From Patescibacteria group bacterium (GTDB lineage: Bacteria > Patescibacteriota > Patescibacteriia > JAHJFT01), in contig JAQTTB010000001.1 of the NCBI GenBank assembly GCA_028710985.1, positions 19,280 through 83,279 on the forward strand: a stretch of DNA of 64,000 bases, read 5' to 3'. Shown here piece by piece: positions 47,778-56,983 of the stretch (position 1 is the stretch's first letter; each line of letters begins with the position of its first letter). The notes below the pieces were generated by a model. That model saw only the letters and a list, made by a program, of their open reading frames with translations. It was not told the origin of the DNA and made no database searches. A program made the translations under genes and the position numbers.

Positions 47778-50700
47778 CTAGAAGGTCAATACCACGTTTT
47801 CGGTGAGATCCTTGACGAGATACTCGTCAGTCCAATCACCGGTTGACAACGTATCTAATTGAGCGTTGTGCGGTATTGCCGCCTTGTCTGACCAGACAAG
47901 GTAAGCAGCAACTTCGCCACCCACTACACCGGTTGCATCCAAGTTCGGACCACGTACGGTGCCGACCGCGGCTGCATTCAGGTGATAGGTGTAGATGGTT
48001 GAGCTGCCAGTCTTAATAGTTACGTTAAGCGACTCGCTGGAGCCTGCACCGCCAACCGTACCCTTGAGGGTAAAGATGTGGCCGGAGCCAGAAATGCTCT
48101 GCTCTGTGCCGCTCGTGTAACTAATAAAGATTGTGCCCGAGGCATCGGTTGCGCCTTCAACAGTATTGCCGAGGTTATCAGTGATGGTAACCAAATCGGA
48201 AATATCTGTACCGTCCTGGAACCACTTCAAGGTATCAACCGTGAACGCACCGCTCTTAGTGAATTCGAATGTGAGTTTCGCGACACCCGCATCGCCTGCA
48301 CTGTCTGCGGTAACCTTGGTCTTGTAGAGTTCAATCGTACCGTTGGCCAGGCTCGAGCTAGCTAACGCTTGCTTGGCAAAAGTAAGCTTGGTCTTGCGGA
48401 TAACCATTGGGTTGCCCGCGAGGACCGCCGAGGCCGCCGCGTACACGCGCTCGCCGGACATGGCGCCCGTGCCCTTCACATTGTAACTATTGGTATAGTT
48501 CGCATCCCACTCGCCGGTCGTAACATTGTATTCAACCGCGAGTTTCGGGTTGTTGCCCGAGGTTGCGCCTGCGTCAATCGCGTTCAGCTTGCCAACCACC
48601 TGGAAGGTCACACTGCCGTCAGCCGGCACGGTGATCGGGGTGGAAAGCGTGATGTCGGTCGCCGTCGCCGAACCCGGGAACACATCCGTGCCCGAGGAGA
48701 CGATTACGCCGTCCTTCTGAATCGCGAGGTACTTGAAGTCACTATTTGCGCCGCCGCTATAGCGTTGCAGGCGGATCTTGTCAACGGAGATATTTTCGTA
48801 CTGTGAAGTAATCTTGGCTTGGGCAAAGGTTGTCCAAGCATCCTTACCGGCAATGACAATGTCGGTTGACGGATTTGATTCCGCCGCGATTGTCAATGTA
48901 CCGGAATTCTTCACAGTCTGGAAGATTGTCGGACCGTTGTTGATCGGATTGCTCCAAGTCACGTCGCCGTCAGTCGCAGTAACTGAATTGGCATCTGCGT
49001 CTTCGGCCGAAATATCGGTTTCGAGAGCAATACCGACCCAGAATGTGTCATCCGTACCGCCGGAAGTCGCCACTGAATCAAGTATTGCCTTGACAACCAA
49101 TGTCTTGGTTTCACCCGCCGGAATGCTATAGCTGAGACCGTCAAATGTGGCGGTACCCGCCGTTGCATCCGGGCTCTCGGCCGTGCCGAGCTGAGTCGTG
49201 CCATCCCACAGCGTAAGCTGGGTAATGACATCGTCCAGTTGAGCCGCGGTATAACCCGCACCGTTCACATTGCCCTGACCAGTGACTTTAACGCTCGTCA
49301 CTTTGATTGCGCTCTGTGAACCAGCTGTGAACACAAAACCAGATGAAGCAACATCTGATGTCTTCTTGACATAGGTGTCACTCACCGGAGTCGCGGCCAG
49401 CTGAACTGTCAGACTCGATGTCTTGACCGTCATGGTGTTGCCGGTAATAACCGCATTCGGCACGATTTGGGTTACAGCGAGATATTCGCCTGTGGCATTG
49501 TTCTTCACATAATCGGCAGCAAAGGCATTCAACTTGGCCACATATTGGCGATCGCTGTTGAACCAGGCGTTGTTTGCCACATCGGCCTTGAGGGCCAAAT
49601 TCTTGGTTGTGCCCGCGTTCACATAAAATGAATCGCTAACCACCCAAGTGCAAGTAGTTGCATCCTCACCACAGGCGGGACTTCCGCTTGAAAGTTGAGT
49701 CGGACCGGCGACAACTTCGCCGGAATCGGTATCAACTAATTTGATGTCAGTGAACAGATCTGTGGTGGATGCGTCAATGTAGTCATCACCATTGATACCT
49801 GCCAGTGTGAAGCTGATCTTGCGGACCTCGAGAGTGTTCTCGGCCGCAGTCATGCCAAACTGGAAGAAGATCTGATCCTGGCCGGCCTTTGGCATAGTGC
49901 CAGTCGCCGGACCATTGTAAGCGATCGTCAATTGACCGCCCTCGGTATTCGTGGTTACTGAATCGCCGCTATCAAAATCATCAATGTTCACTGCCGCGCC
50001 CCAGCCATAGGTATTATCTGTGGCATCGACATCGGTAGTGTACTCAAGATAGGTAATGATAGAGCGGCCGCCCTTGCCCACGACATCGGCCTTGACATAA
50101 AGAGTCTTGGTTGTGCCGTTGGAAATGAGATAAGGCGTGGCGAGGATAAAGTTTATCTTATCGCCGACAATTGTCGCTGTTTCGGCCACTAATTCTGTAC
50201 CAACATACAGCTTCAGGTTGGTAACGTCGCTGTTCACGACCGTACCGGCCTGAGCGATGCTGATTTGATTAAGCTTAATATCCGCGCTTGCGGCAGTAAG
50301 CTTAAATGAAGAAATCGTGGCTGCAAGTGATCCAACTGTTACGTTGGCCGGATCTGAACCTTCATTCACCGTCAGAGTGGCGGCATCCTGTGCACCAACC
50401 GTGAAGGTGTTGCCGCGTATCGGGAAACTGCCCGAAACCGTGGCGGTTGTGCCAACCTTACTCGTCGCAACGAGCTCTAGGGCATGTTCATCCGCAGCTA
50501 TTGCGGTTGAACTCAAATCGCCGCGGACCGTGAGATACTTGGTCGTGCCGGCGGTAATCGTCAAGTTCAGGTTGTTGAATTGAGCCTCGTTTGAGCTGGT
50601 ATTGATACTGCGACCGCTCGTCAGTCTTGTTGAACCCTCATAGAGGTAGACGTTCGTGAAGTCGCTCGCTGTACCAACGCCAAGGCGATGGAATGTCAGG

Positions 50701-51557
50701 GTATTAAGAATGACATTGCCGTCCGAGCTCGCGGTCACAGCGACCTTAATAAGCTGCACGCTTGACGAACCCTGGGCGACAGTTGCGCCCGCCGGGGTGT
50801 CAGAGGCCAAGGCCACGGCAAGACCGGTGCCTGTGCCGGAAACGCCGGCTACAAGATCCGTAATGCCCGCTTCACCGCCGGTAACCGCGGTTCCGTCCGC
50901 ATAAGTTACATCGGCCGCGACTGGGCTAATTACGAAACGCCATTGGAACATGTTGGCATCAAATGCCGCCTCGTTCGCAATTGCGCGCTTCTGACCATCC
51001 TGAATGTAGTAGACGGATGCACCAGAAGCATACTTAATCAAGCATCCATTCGGATGCACATAAGTGCTGATTGAGGTGCCGATTGAATAGTTGGTGAAGA
51101 ATGAATCCGGAACGTCAACTACCCAGCTGGCCCAATTTGTTCCCCAGAGTTTCTGGGCAACGGCCTCGGTCTCAACCCAATGCAAAACACCGCCGGTCGT
51201 CACGGCATAAACCTTGGGATCGGTGGTAATTTTGATTAGGAATGTACCTGGGCGGATTGTGATATTTCCGCCGATAGAGACTGCCGCGAGTTCCGCGTCA
51301 GTGATCTCTTTCAGGGTTGAGAAATCGGGGTACCATGAATAATAGGTGTTCTCGTTCGGGAAAACGTATCTCTTACCATCTGCTGCGTAATAATACACCG
51401 CCGGTTGGCTGGCCTTAATAAGGTCGCCTGCGGACAAGGTCGCTGCTTCCGCTGCCAAAGGCATTATGAAAGCCGCAAAACCGATTGACCACGCCATGGT
51501 GGTGATAACTACGCCAACGGTAAGGATCCTCTTTGAAATGCGTAGAACTTCAGTCAT
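47778..51557 (-). CDS. Giant (1259 aa) secreted Thr/Ser/Gly/Ala-rich beta-rich surface protein; putative S-layer, adhesin-like and possible glycoprotein
   Basis: It has an N-terminal signal/TM (ILTVGVVITTMAWSIGFAAFIMPLAAEA) and a roughly 200-aa N-terminal domain with repeated aromatic blocks (YYYAADGKRYVFPNENTYYSW / YYIQDGQKRAIANEAAF). Then come about 1000 aa of Ig-like low-complexity T/S/G/V repeats. GC content is higher than in the surrounding genes. Confidence 0.6.
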   Translation of the reverse strand: MTEVLRISKRILTVGVVITTMAWSIGFAAFIMPLAAEAATLSAGDLIKASQPAVYYYAADGKRYVFPNENTYYSWYPDFSTLKEITDAELAAVSIGGNITIRPGTFLIKITTDPKVYAVTTGGVLHWVETEAVAQKLWGTNWASWVVDVPDSFFTNYSIGTSISTYVHPNGCLIKYASGASVYYIQDGQKRAIANEAAFDANMFQWRFVISPVAADVTYADGTAVTGGEAGITDLVAGVSGTGTGLAVALASDTPAGATVAQGSSSVQLIKVAVTASSDGNVILNTLTFHRLGVGTASDFTNVYLYEGSTRLTSGRSINTSSNEAQFNNLNLTITAGTTKYLTVRGDLSSTAIAADEHALELVATSKVGTTATVSGSFPIRGNTFTVGAQDAATLTVNEGSDPANVTVGSLAATISSFKLTAASADIKLNQISIAQAGTVVNSDVTNLKLYVGTELVAETATIVGDKINFILATPYLISNGTTKTLYVKADVVGKGGRSIITYLEYTTDVDATDNTYGWGAAVNIDDFDSGDSVTTNTEGGQLTIAYNGPATGTMPKAGQDQIFFQFGMTAAENTLEVRKISFTLAGINGDDYIDASTTDLFTDIKLVDTDSGEVVAGPTQLSSGSPACGEDATTCTWVVSDSFYVNAGTTKNLALKADVANNAWFNSDRQYVAKLNAFAADYVKNNATGEYLAVTQIVPNAVITGNTMTVKTSSLTVQLAATPVSDTYVKKTSDVASSGFVFTAGSQSAIKVTSVKVTGQGNVNGAGYTAAQLDDVITQLTLWDGTTQLGTAESPDATAGTATFDGLSYSIPAGETKTLVVKAILDSVATSGGTDDTFWVGIALETDISAEDADANSVTATDGDVTWSNPINNGPTIFQTVKNSGTLTIAAESNPSTDIVIAGKDAWTTFAQAKITSQYENISVDKIRLQRYSGGANSDFKYLAIQKDGVIVSSGTDVFPGSATATDITLSTPITVPADGSVTFQVVGKLNAIDAGATSGNNPKLAVEYNVTTGEWDANYTNSYNVKGTGAMSGERVYAAASAVLAGNPMVIRKTKLTFAKQALASSSLANGTIELYKTKVTADSAGDAGVAKLTFEFTKSGAFTVDTLKWFQDGTDISDLVTITDNLGNTVEGATDASGTIFISYTSGTEQSISGSGHIFTLKGTVGGAGSSESLNVTIKTGSSTIYTYHLNAAAVGTVRGPNLDATGVVGGEVAAYLVWSDKAAIPHNAQLDTLSTGDWTDEYLVKDLTENVVLTF

Positions 51558-51782
51558 AAATAATTTATATCCTTTTGAATTTAATTCTTATCACGCAAGC
51601 GGCCATTGGCCCCGACCTTTTAGCCTGCGCGTTAATTAACTCTGGTACAAGTTCCGACGCCCCAACATAAAGTTGGCGGTCGGAATCCCGACTTCCGCCT
51701 GCGGCGGAATGTCGGGACATCAGCCCATACCCCGGAAACGGCTTCCATAAAAACCGCCTTCGGGGTATTTCCGATGATTAAT

Positions 51783-52991
51783 TTAATTCGTTACCGCTTT
51801 TGTCGTGGTTGCGGCTCCAGCCACTGCTGGCGTAGATGAAGTCTGAATTACGGGAATGATTGGGTCAGTCGATGAAACCCCAACCGGTTCGGTTATAATC
51901 GGCGTCTCGCTTGCTTCACTCTGATTTTCGGCTCCAACCGCCGAAGCCAGGGTATTCACTTCTTTTACCGCCGCAATCGCCCCGACTAAATCATTATTTT
52001 CCAAAAGTTCCCGTGCCTCCACAACTTTTTCCGCCAGTTGATCGGCAGTCGCGGTTGATGCTCCCGTTACCCCGATAACTTCACCCGTGCCGCTCGCCGC
52101 ACCAGTAATCACCTCTCCGGTCGAAGACGCGGCCTCCGAACCCACCGGGGTAGAAATTACCTCCGCGGTACCCGAAGCGCTCGTTACTCCAACCAACGCT
52201 GCCGCGGCTTCGGCTCTTTCCAGCTTGCTCGTAATTTTTTCAATTACTTCTTCCTCGGTGATTCCTTCGGCCTGACCCTGGGCGTGTTTCTCTACGATGA
52301 CTTCAACGGCCTTAACTGCCGTTACCTCAACAACCGCTTTCGCTTCTTGGACATCATTCTTATTGACATCGGAAAGCTTGTCCATGGTTTCCTGCAATTT
52401 ATTTTCAAACTCTTCAGATTTTTCATCAACGATTTTCGCCACCTCAACCGCCTTCTTTGAAGAACTTTTTTGTTTAATTTCTTCCAGATCATCCTGAACT
52501 GTTTTCATGCCTTTTTTAAAATCCGCCATGGACTTGGTTAGCTTTTCTTCCTTCCTTATATCGGGTTTCTCAATCAACTTAGTCGCTTCTTCCAGCCGCC
52601 GTCCGGCAAAATCAATGCGCAGTTTTGTTTTAACTTCCCGGGCCGGCGAAAGGGTTATTTGCGCGCCTTCGGAAAATAATTTTACGCCGTAAAGCGCATC
52701 ACCCGGCAAGCTGCCAAAAGACGCACTCACTGTCGCGGTCCAGCTGCCAAATACCAGAAATACGATAACCATGGCTGCGACAACCGGACGAAACGCCTTA
52801 GACCAGCCGGTGCTTACATCCACTGCCAATGAAAAATTTTCAAGCAGACTGCCGGTTTTCTCCGCCGCCGGCGCGTCCTGTCTTGCGTGAGCAAGCATGC
52901 TTTCGCGCGTTGACAATACCCAAGCCTCACGCGCTTTGCCGCCCGCTTTCGTCTTACCGAGATTATTCAATTGTTCTACCAATTTATCCAT
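51783..52991 (-). CDS. Membrane-anchored putative anti-sigma factor / regulator
   Basis: It lies immediately downstream of the ECF sigma gene. It has a single TM helix (VVAAMVIVFLVFGSWTATV), then a segment GDALYGVKLFSE and a long coiled-coil, Ala/Glu/Lys-rich region. The anti-sigma role is inferred from position only. Confidence 0.4.
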   Translation of the reverse strand: MDKLVEQLNNLGKTKAGGKAREAWVLSTRESMLAHARQDAPAAEKTGSLLENFSLAVDVSTGWSKAFRPVVAAMVIVFLVFGSWTATVSASFGSLPGDALYGVKLFSEGAQITLSPAREVKTKLRIDFAGRRLEEATKLIEKPDIRKEEKLTKSMADFKKGMKTVQDDLEEIKQKSSSKKAVEVAKIVDEKSEEFENKLQETMDKLSDVNKNDVQEAKAVVEVTAVKAVEVIVEKHAQGQAEGITEEEVIEKITSKLERAEAAAALVGVTSASGTAEVISTPVGSEAASSTGEVITGAASGTGEVIGVTGASTATADQLAEKVVEARELLENNDLVGAIAAVKEVNTLASAVGAENQSEASETPIITEPVGVSSTDPIIPVIQTSSTPAVAGAATTTKAVTN

Positions 52992-53000
52992 TTATCGGGT

Positions 53001-53546
53001 TTATTTATTGTCTTGCTGCTCCATAATTTCACGTAATGCCGCGAGCGAGCGGTGAAGCAGAACCCGCACATTGTTTCCGCTTTTCTGCAAAATACTCGCG
53101 ATTTCGCCAGCTGTCATATTATCCAGATACTTCATCACCACAATCTCGCGATACTCATCCTTTAGTTTATTCAGCGCACGGTAAATCCTCGCCAAGTCAG
53201 ACTGCTTCTCCAGTTCCGCCAGTCCAACGATGTCCACTTCTCCGGCCGTCTCTTCCATGAGCTGAATATCGCTCTTTCTCTGCCGATAATGGTCAATGAC
53301 CAAATTCCGCGCAATTGTGTAGAGTAGGGCTCCCACACTTTTCACCGGCTGGCTGCCTGCAAGATAATCCCAGGCTTTTAAAAAAACCTCTGAACTCAAG
53401 TCTTCAGCTTCTTGTTCCGAGGATACTTTAAAAAAAATAAATCTATATATCTTGGCGCCGTAATCATCATATAACTCTGCAAATGCCCCTGCGTCCTGCT
53501 TCGCCTTGATCTTATAGACCAGTATTTTTTCTTTGAATTTATTCAT
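53001..53546 (-). CDS. RNA polymerase sigma-70 factor, ECF subfamily
   Basis: Region 2 reads FLKAWDYL and region 4 reads EYREIVVMKYLDNMTAGEIASILQKSGNNVRVLLHRS. Length is 181 aa. Confidence 0.85.
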   Translation of the reverse strand: MNKFKEKILVYKIKAKQDAGAFAELYDDYGAKIYRFIFFKVSSEQEAEDLSSEVFLKAWDYLAGSQPVKSVGALLYTIARNLVIDHYRQRKSDIQLMEETAGEVDIVGLAELEKQSDLARIYRALNKLKDEYREIVVMKYLDNMTAGEIASILQKSGNNVRVLLHRSLAALREIMEQQDNK

Positions 53547-53638
53547 CTATATTGACGATAAGATGATACGAATGTTACACAATCCGCCTTCATTTGTAAA
53601 GTCTTTTAGTCTCAAATTCGGTTAAATCACCCGTTTTC

Positions 53639-53667
53639 TTGACAAACTTTCAAGCTGCACATATAAT
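53639..53667 (+). promoter_or_regulatory. Consensus sigma-70-type promoter (TTGACA-17-TATAAT) upstream of the HTH gene
   Basis: ttgacaAACTTTCAAGCTGCACAtataat has both hexamers perfect and the optimal 17-nt spacer. It sits about 35 nt upstream of the 53703 ATG. Confidence 0.55.
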
Positions 53668-53702
53668 AAGTCTAAACTAGCCTAGACTTTTAATATAAGC
53701 CC

Positions 53703-53999
53703 ATGTCTTCATCCATTCGCTTATCCGTATCCGAAGCCGCCCGGCTTTTTGGCATTAGTGAAAAAACCCTGCGCCGCGCCATCATTAATAAGGAAATCAA
53801 CTATATCGTGGTTGCCGGCCGGTACAAGCTAAATTTTGAAAGCCTGGTCAAGTGGTCCCAGCAAAAAACCACGGTGCGCCGCAAATCCGAAAAATACGGC
53901 ATCGACCAATTTGTGGATAAATGGCGCCTCTCCGCCACCCTCTACTCCCCCAACCCACCCGCCACGGAACAAGAGAACAATTCAACAATACAACAATAG
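53703..53999 (+). CDS. Helix-turn-helix (excisionase/MerR-like HTH_17) DNA-binding protein
   Basis: SVSEAARLFGISEKTLRRAIINKEINYIVVAGRYKL is a typical HTH_17 or excisionase-family DNA-binding helix. Confidence 0.6.
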   Translation: MSSSIRLSVSEAARLFGISEKTLRRAIINKEINYIVVAGRYKLNFESLVKWSQQKTTVRRKSEKYGIDQFVDKWRLSATLYSPNPPATEQENNSTIQQ

Positions 54000-54061
54000 A
54001 ACGACCTATAAAAAAACAAGCGTTTTACCTATGCTTGTTTTTTTGTTGTATTGTTGAATTG
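53978..54061. terminator. Nested inverted repeats forming a bidirectional terminator between convergent genes
   Basis: The outer arms CAATTCAACAATACAACAA (53978-53996) and TTGTTGTATTGTTGAATTG (54043-54061) enclose an inner hairpin AAACAAGC-11nt-GCTTGTTT, which is followed by a T-run. Confidence 0.7.
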
Positions 54062-54074
54062 TTGCGTTGTCCGC

Positions 54075-55229
54075 TTACGCCGTTTCCAGCGCGAACTTGC
54101 ATTCCGGCTTCAGATCGAAATAAAGTCCGGAAATGTCGCGGCAGATGTCTTTCCAGTTATATTTTTCATTCACGAAAATCTTCGCGCGCGCGCCCAGCTC
54201 TTTCAGATTTTCGGTTTGCGGCAAATACGTCTCAAGCTTACGGATTAAATCTTCAACATTCTTATTTTCAAAACTGATTCCCGCTTCACTCACGACTTCC
54301 ATATTTTCCGGGATATCGCTCGCGATCACCGGCAAACCCCAGCCCATCGCTTCAAGCAAAGCGATCGGCAAACCTTCGGATTCGGACGGATGAACCAGCG
54401 CGTAAGCGTTGCCAAAAAGCGCATTCAACGGCTCGCCGTTCTGAAAACCGGTAAATACAATAGATTCGTCGCCGGCCGCCATCTCATGAAGTTCTTTCAC
54501 GTAATCATCTGTAAAAGCCGAGTCGCCGACGATCACGAGTTTTTTATTGCCAATTATCTCCGGATTACGGAATTTTAGAGTTTTATAAGCATCAATCAAA
54601 TAATGGGCGCCCTTATGACGCACCAGCCGCGAAACCATAATAATATACTCTTTAGGCTCAAGACCAAACTTTTTAAGATACTCGGTGTCGGCCGGATTCT
54701 GCATCCTAACGCCGTTCGGAATATATTGAGTCATGGAATCATAAGCTTCGGAGCAATACTGATTCAAAGTACGCGAAACCGTAATGGTGCGGTCCGCGAA
54801 ACGGCACGCTGACCATTCGCCAAGGCGAAGCATAGCGCGGGCAATAAATCCCCATTTTTGATGCTTGCGATCAATGCAGTGAAAAGTCACCACCACTTTG
54901 GTGCTGGGTCGCAAAATTTTCGGAAGCCACGAGAGTAGCGCCGGCCCGACGCCGTGAATGTGGATAATCTCAAAACCGCTCCGGCAGGCATGAATAATGC
55001 TCAAGAAAGTATGGCTAATGGCATCAAGATGCTTGGTCTTAAGGCTCGGGGTATAAATAAGATGCACCCCGTTAATCTGTTCCTCGTGGCCCTTTGAGTA
55101 CCACGGGCGACAGTATACAAAAACCTCCAGGCCGAGTTCAGCCAGGCCGCGCGAAAGCTCATCCACGTGGCGTTCAATACCACCGAAGATAGCCGGGATG
55201 CCTTTTTGTCCGATCATTGCTATTCTCAT
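54075..55229 (-). CDS. Glycosyltransferase family 4
   Basis: MRIAMIGQKGIPAIFGGIERHVDELSRGLAELG and LVIVGDSAFTDDYVKEL...VHPSESEGLPIALLEAMGWGLPVIASD are typical of GT4. Confidence 0.82.
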   Translation of the reverse strand: MRIAMIGQKGIPAIFGGIERHVDELSRGLAELGLEVFVYCRPWYSKGHEEQINGVHLIYTPSLKTKHLDAISHTFLSIIHACRSGFEIIHIHGVGPALLSWLPKILRPSTKVVVTFHCIDRKHQKWGFIARAMLRLGEWSACRFADRTITVSRTLNQYCSEAYDSMTQYIPNGVRMQNPADTEYLKKFGLEPKEYIIMVSRLVRHKGAHYLIDAYKTLKFRNPEIIGNKKLVIVGDSAFTDDYVKELHEMAAGDESIVFTGFQNGEPLNALFGNAYALVHPSESEGLPIALLEAMGWGLPVIASDIPENMEVVSEAGISFENKNVEDLIRKLETYLPQTENLKELGARAKIFVNEKYNWKDICRDISGLYFDLKPECKFALETA

Positions 55230-55413
55230 ACCATGATTATTTGTAATGCGATTAATTTGTTATGTAATCTCATTAAATCCTCGTCTTGCCCGCCGAAATC
55301 CCGACCGAACGAAGTGAGCGTCGGGACGAAGGAGGGTCATTGCTATTCTCATATTAAACAACCCACTATACCACATTTTTGCGTTTTTGTCAACTCTCGA
55401 GTCCGGCCAGCTC

Positions 55414-55442
55414 TTGACAAAACCCGCAATTTATGATATACT
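55414..55442 (+). promoter_or_regulatory. Near-consensus sigma-70-type promoter (TTGACA-17-TATACT) upstream of the GC-rich lipoprotein gene
   Basis: ttgacaAAACCCGCAATTTATGAtatact. A GGAGG ribosome-binding site at 55652-55656 lies 8 nt before the ATG at 55665. Confidence 0.5.
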
Positions 55443-55664
55443 TTACCGTTAAAGTCAAAATGGAACAGTCGTATCTTATGACAAATTTTGGCTAAAGCAA
55501 GCCCTTTACAACCTTCTCCCAAGCGTCGAATCTACATTTTCTGGCTATTTTCAGCAATGGTTGGCACACAGTTCAACCCCACCTGCTCGGCTTATATTAT
55601 GCAGATTCATCGCTTAGGAGAAGCAAAACAACCTAAACGCAAAAAACACCGAGGAGGGTGTAAA

Positions 55665-56699
55665 ATGAAGAACTCCAGGATAGTGCTGATTCTCTGCGCC
55701 CTGGTACTGATGGCCTGCGAGACGAGGTACGTGGACGTGGGCGGCGAGCCCGACACCTCCATCGACACCGCGTCCGACAGCGTGGAGCTCTGCTCCGACG
55801 GCCTGGACAACGACATGGACGGCCTGGTCGACTGCAACGACAACGACGGCGACGAGAACTGCCCGCCGTGCGCGGACGCGTCAACCGACGCCGTGGCCGA
55901 CGAGATCGAGGACAGCGCAGAAACCGACGTCCCGCCCGTGGAGCTCTGCTCCGACGGCCTGGACAACGACTTCGACGGACTCGTGGACTGCAACGACGGG
56001 GACGACTGCTGCGATGAAGCAGTGTGCGTTACGAGCGAGCACTGCGCTTCGGAAGACGCTTCAAGCGACTCCGAAGAGGAAGCCGACGCAGTCTCCGACT
56101 CGGGTGCGGATTCGGATCCCGCCGAGGACCCCGTGCCTGACACTGATCCCGACACCGCCTCCGACCCGGATAGCGCAAGCGATCCGGACGCGGTCTCTGA
56201 CCCGGACGTGGTGGACGCCGAAGCCGACGCAGCTGACATCCTCCACTCCGGCCTGGCCACGTTCAAGTGGTGCCGGCCCATGACCATGGCGCGCCCCGAC
56301 CACATTCTCGCGGAATGCTTTGTCTGGGGAAGCCTCTATGAAAGCTGGGATGACTCCTGGGAGCTGGCAACCGGCTCTCCGGACTTCGTCGCACCGGCCG
56401 ACAGCGACTGCATCGAGTTCACCCTGCCAGATCTGGATTACACGCTCCTCGGAATAAGCGTAGAGTGCAACATCACTGCCTATTCCGACTCGGCGTACGG
56501 GCCGTGGGGACGCATCTACGCTCTCGGCGAGTGCACGTGCGGCGGCAGCTGTGTCGTAAAAGGCACGCTTACCGTCCGTTCCGGTCCCGACGCTGATGAC
56601 GCAACCGCCTTGGATCTCACGAGCCTAGTCGTGCAGAATCCGCGATGCGCGTCCCTGAGCGACCAGGCCGGCAACTACGTCCTCTCACCTATTCCATAG
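55665..56699 (+). CDS. Acidic secreted lipoprotein with Cys/Asp-rich calcium-binding-like repeats; strongly GC-rich gene
   Basis: The start is set at [18 protein letters not shown], a signal peptide with lipobox L-M-A-C, preceded by GGAGG. There are two copies of [22 protein letters not shown] plus long D/S/E/A-rich tracts. GC content of about 65% contrasts with about 35-50% elsewhere. Confidence 0.65.
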   Translation: MKNSRIVLILCALVLMACETRYVDVGGEPDTSIDTASDSVELCSDGLDNDMDGLVDCNDNDGDENCPPCADASTDAVADEIEDSAETDVPPVELCSDGLDNDFDGLVDCNDGDDCCDEAVCVTSEHCASEDASSDSEEEADAVSDSGADSDPAEDPVPDTDPDTASDPDSASDPDAVSDPDVVDAEADAADILHSGLATFKWCRPMTMARPDHILAECFVWGSLYESWDDSWELATGSPDFVAPADSDCIEFTLPDLDYTLLGISVECNITAYSDSAYGPWGRIYALGECTCGGSCVVKGTLTVRSGPDADDATALDLTSLVVQNPRCASLSDQAGNYVLSPIP

Positions 56700-56807
56700 G
56701 GGGTTCGTCTCTCCCCATGGGCAGGATAAGCAAGGTCCCCCCCTACCTTGCCCCTGCCCGCCTTTTTTCAGCGAATCATGCAAATGATTCATTGAAAAAA
56801 GGCAAAA

Positions 56808-56845
56808 ATAAAAAACGCCCCGTGTTTACCGAGGGCGTTTTTTTG
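56808..56845 (+). terminator. Rho-independent terminator of the lipoprotein gene
   Basis: AAAAAACGCCCCGTGTTTACCGAGGGCGTTTTTTT has an 8-bp GC-rich stem and a 7-T run. Confidence 0.75.
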
Positions 56846-56983
56846 TGCATCTTAGTCAGAACATGGGGTTCGGGGGCGCAACTGAGCATGGCGCTAGGAA
56901 GCAGTGAATTGCCTATTTGCCGAGAGCGAACCCGCCTGCCAACGCCTGGCGTAGGCCTGGCGGGCAGGTTTGCGACCCCGAAA

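Noticed and set aside
48078-50904. Multiple 60 to 150-aa plus-strand ORFs inside the giant-protein gene
   Set aside because: They are antisense to a continuous 1259-aa ORF with a signal peptide and are artefacts of the higher GC content.
13081-54061. Similar TTGTTCTATTGTT / TTGTTGTATTGTTG motifs at 13.08 kb and 54.04 kb as a shared regulatory motif
   Set aside because: They are short and low-complexity and occur in AT-rich terminator regions. The similarity is plausibly due to chance, and there is too little evidence for a family.
55207-55345. 15-bp direct repeat TCATTGCTATTCTCAT at 55210 and 55330
   Set aside because: It is a single short duplication overlapping the GT4 start codon region, with no inverted partner or other copies. 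It is insufficient evidence for a mobile element.
55607-56305. A 232-aa minus-strand Ser/Ala-rich ORF and the 55633..55884 Arg-rich ORF
   Set aside because: They are antisense to the lipoprotein gene, which has a ribosome-binding site, a lipobox signal peptide, a promoter and a terminator. High GC content inflates open frames on the opposite strand.
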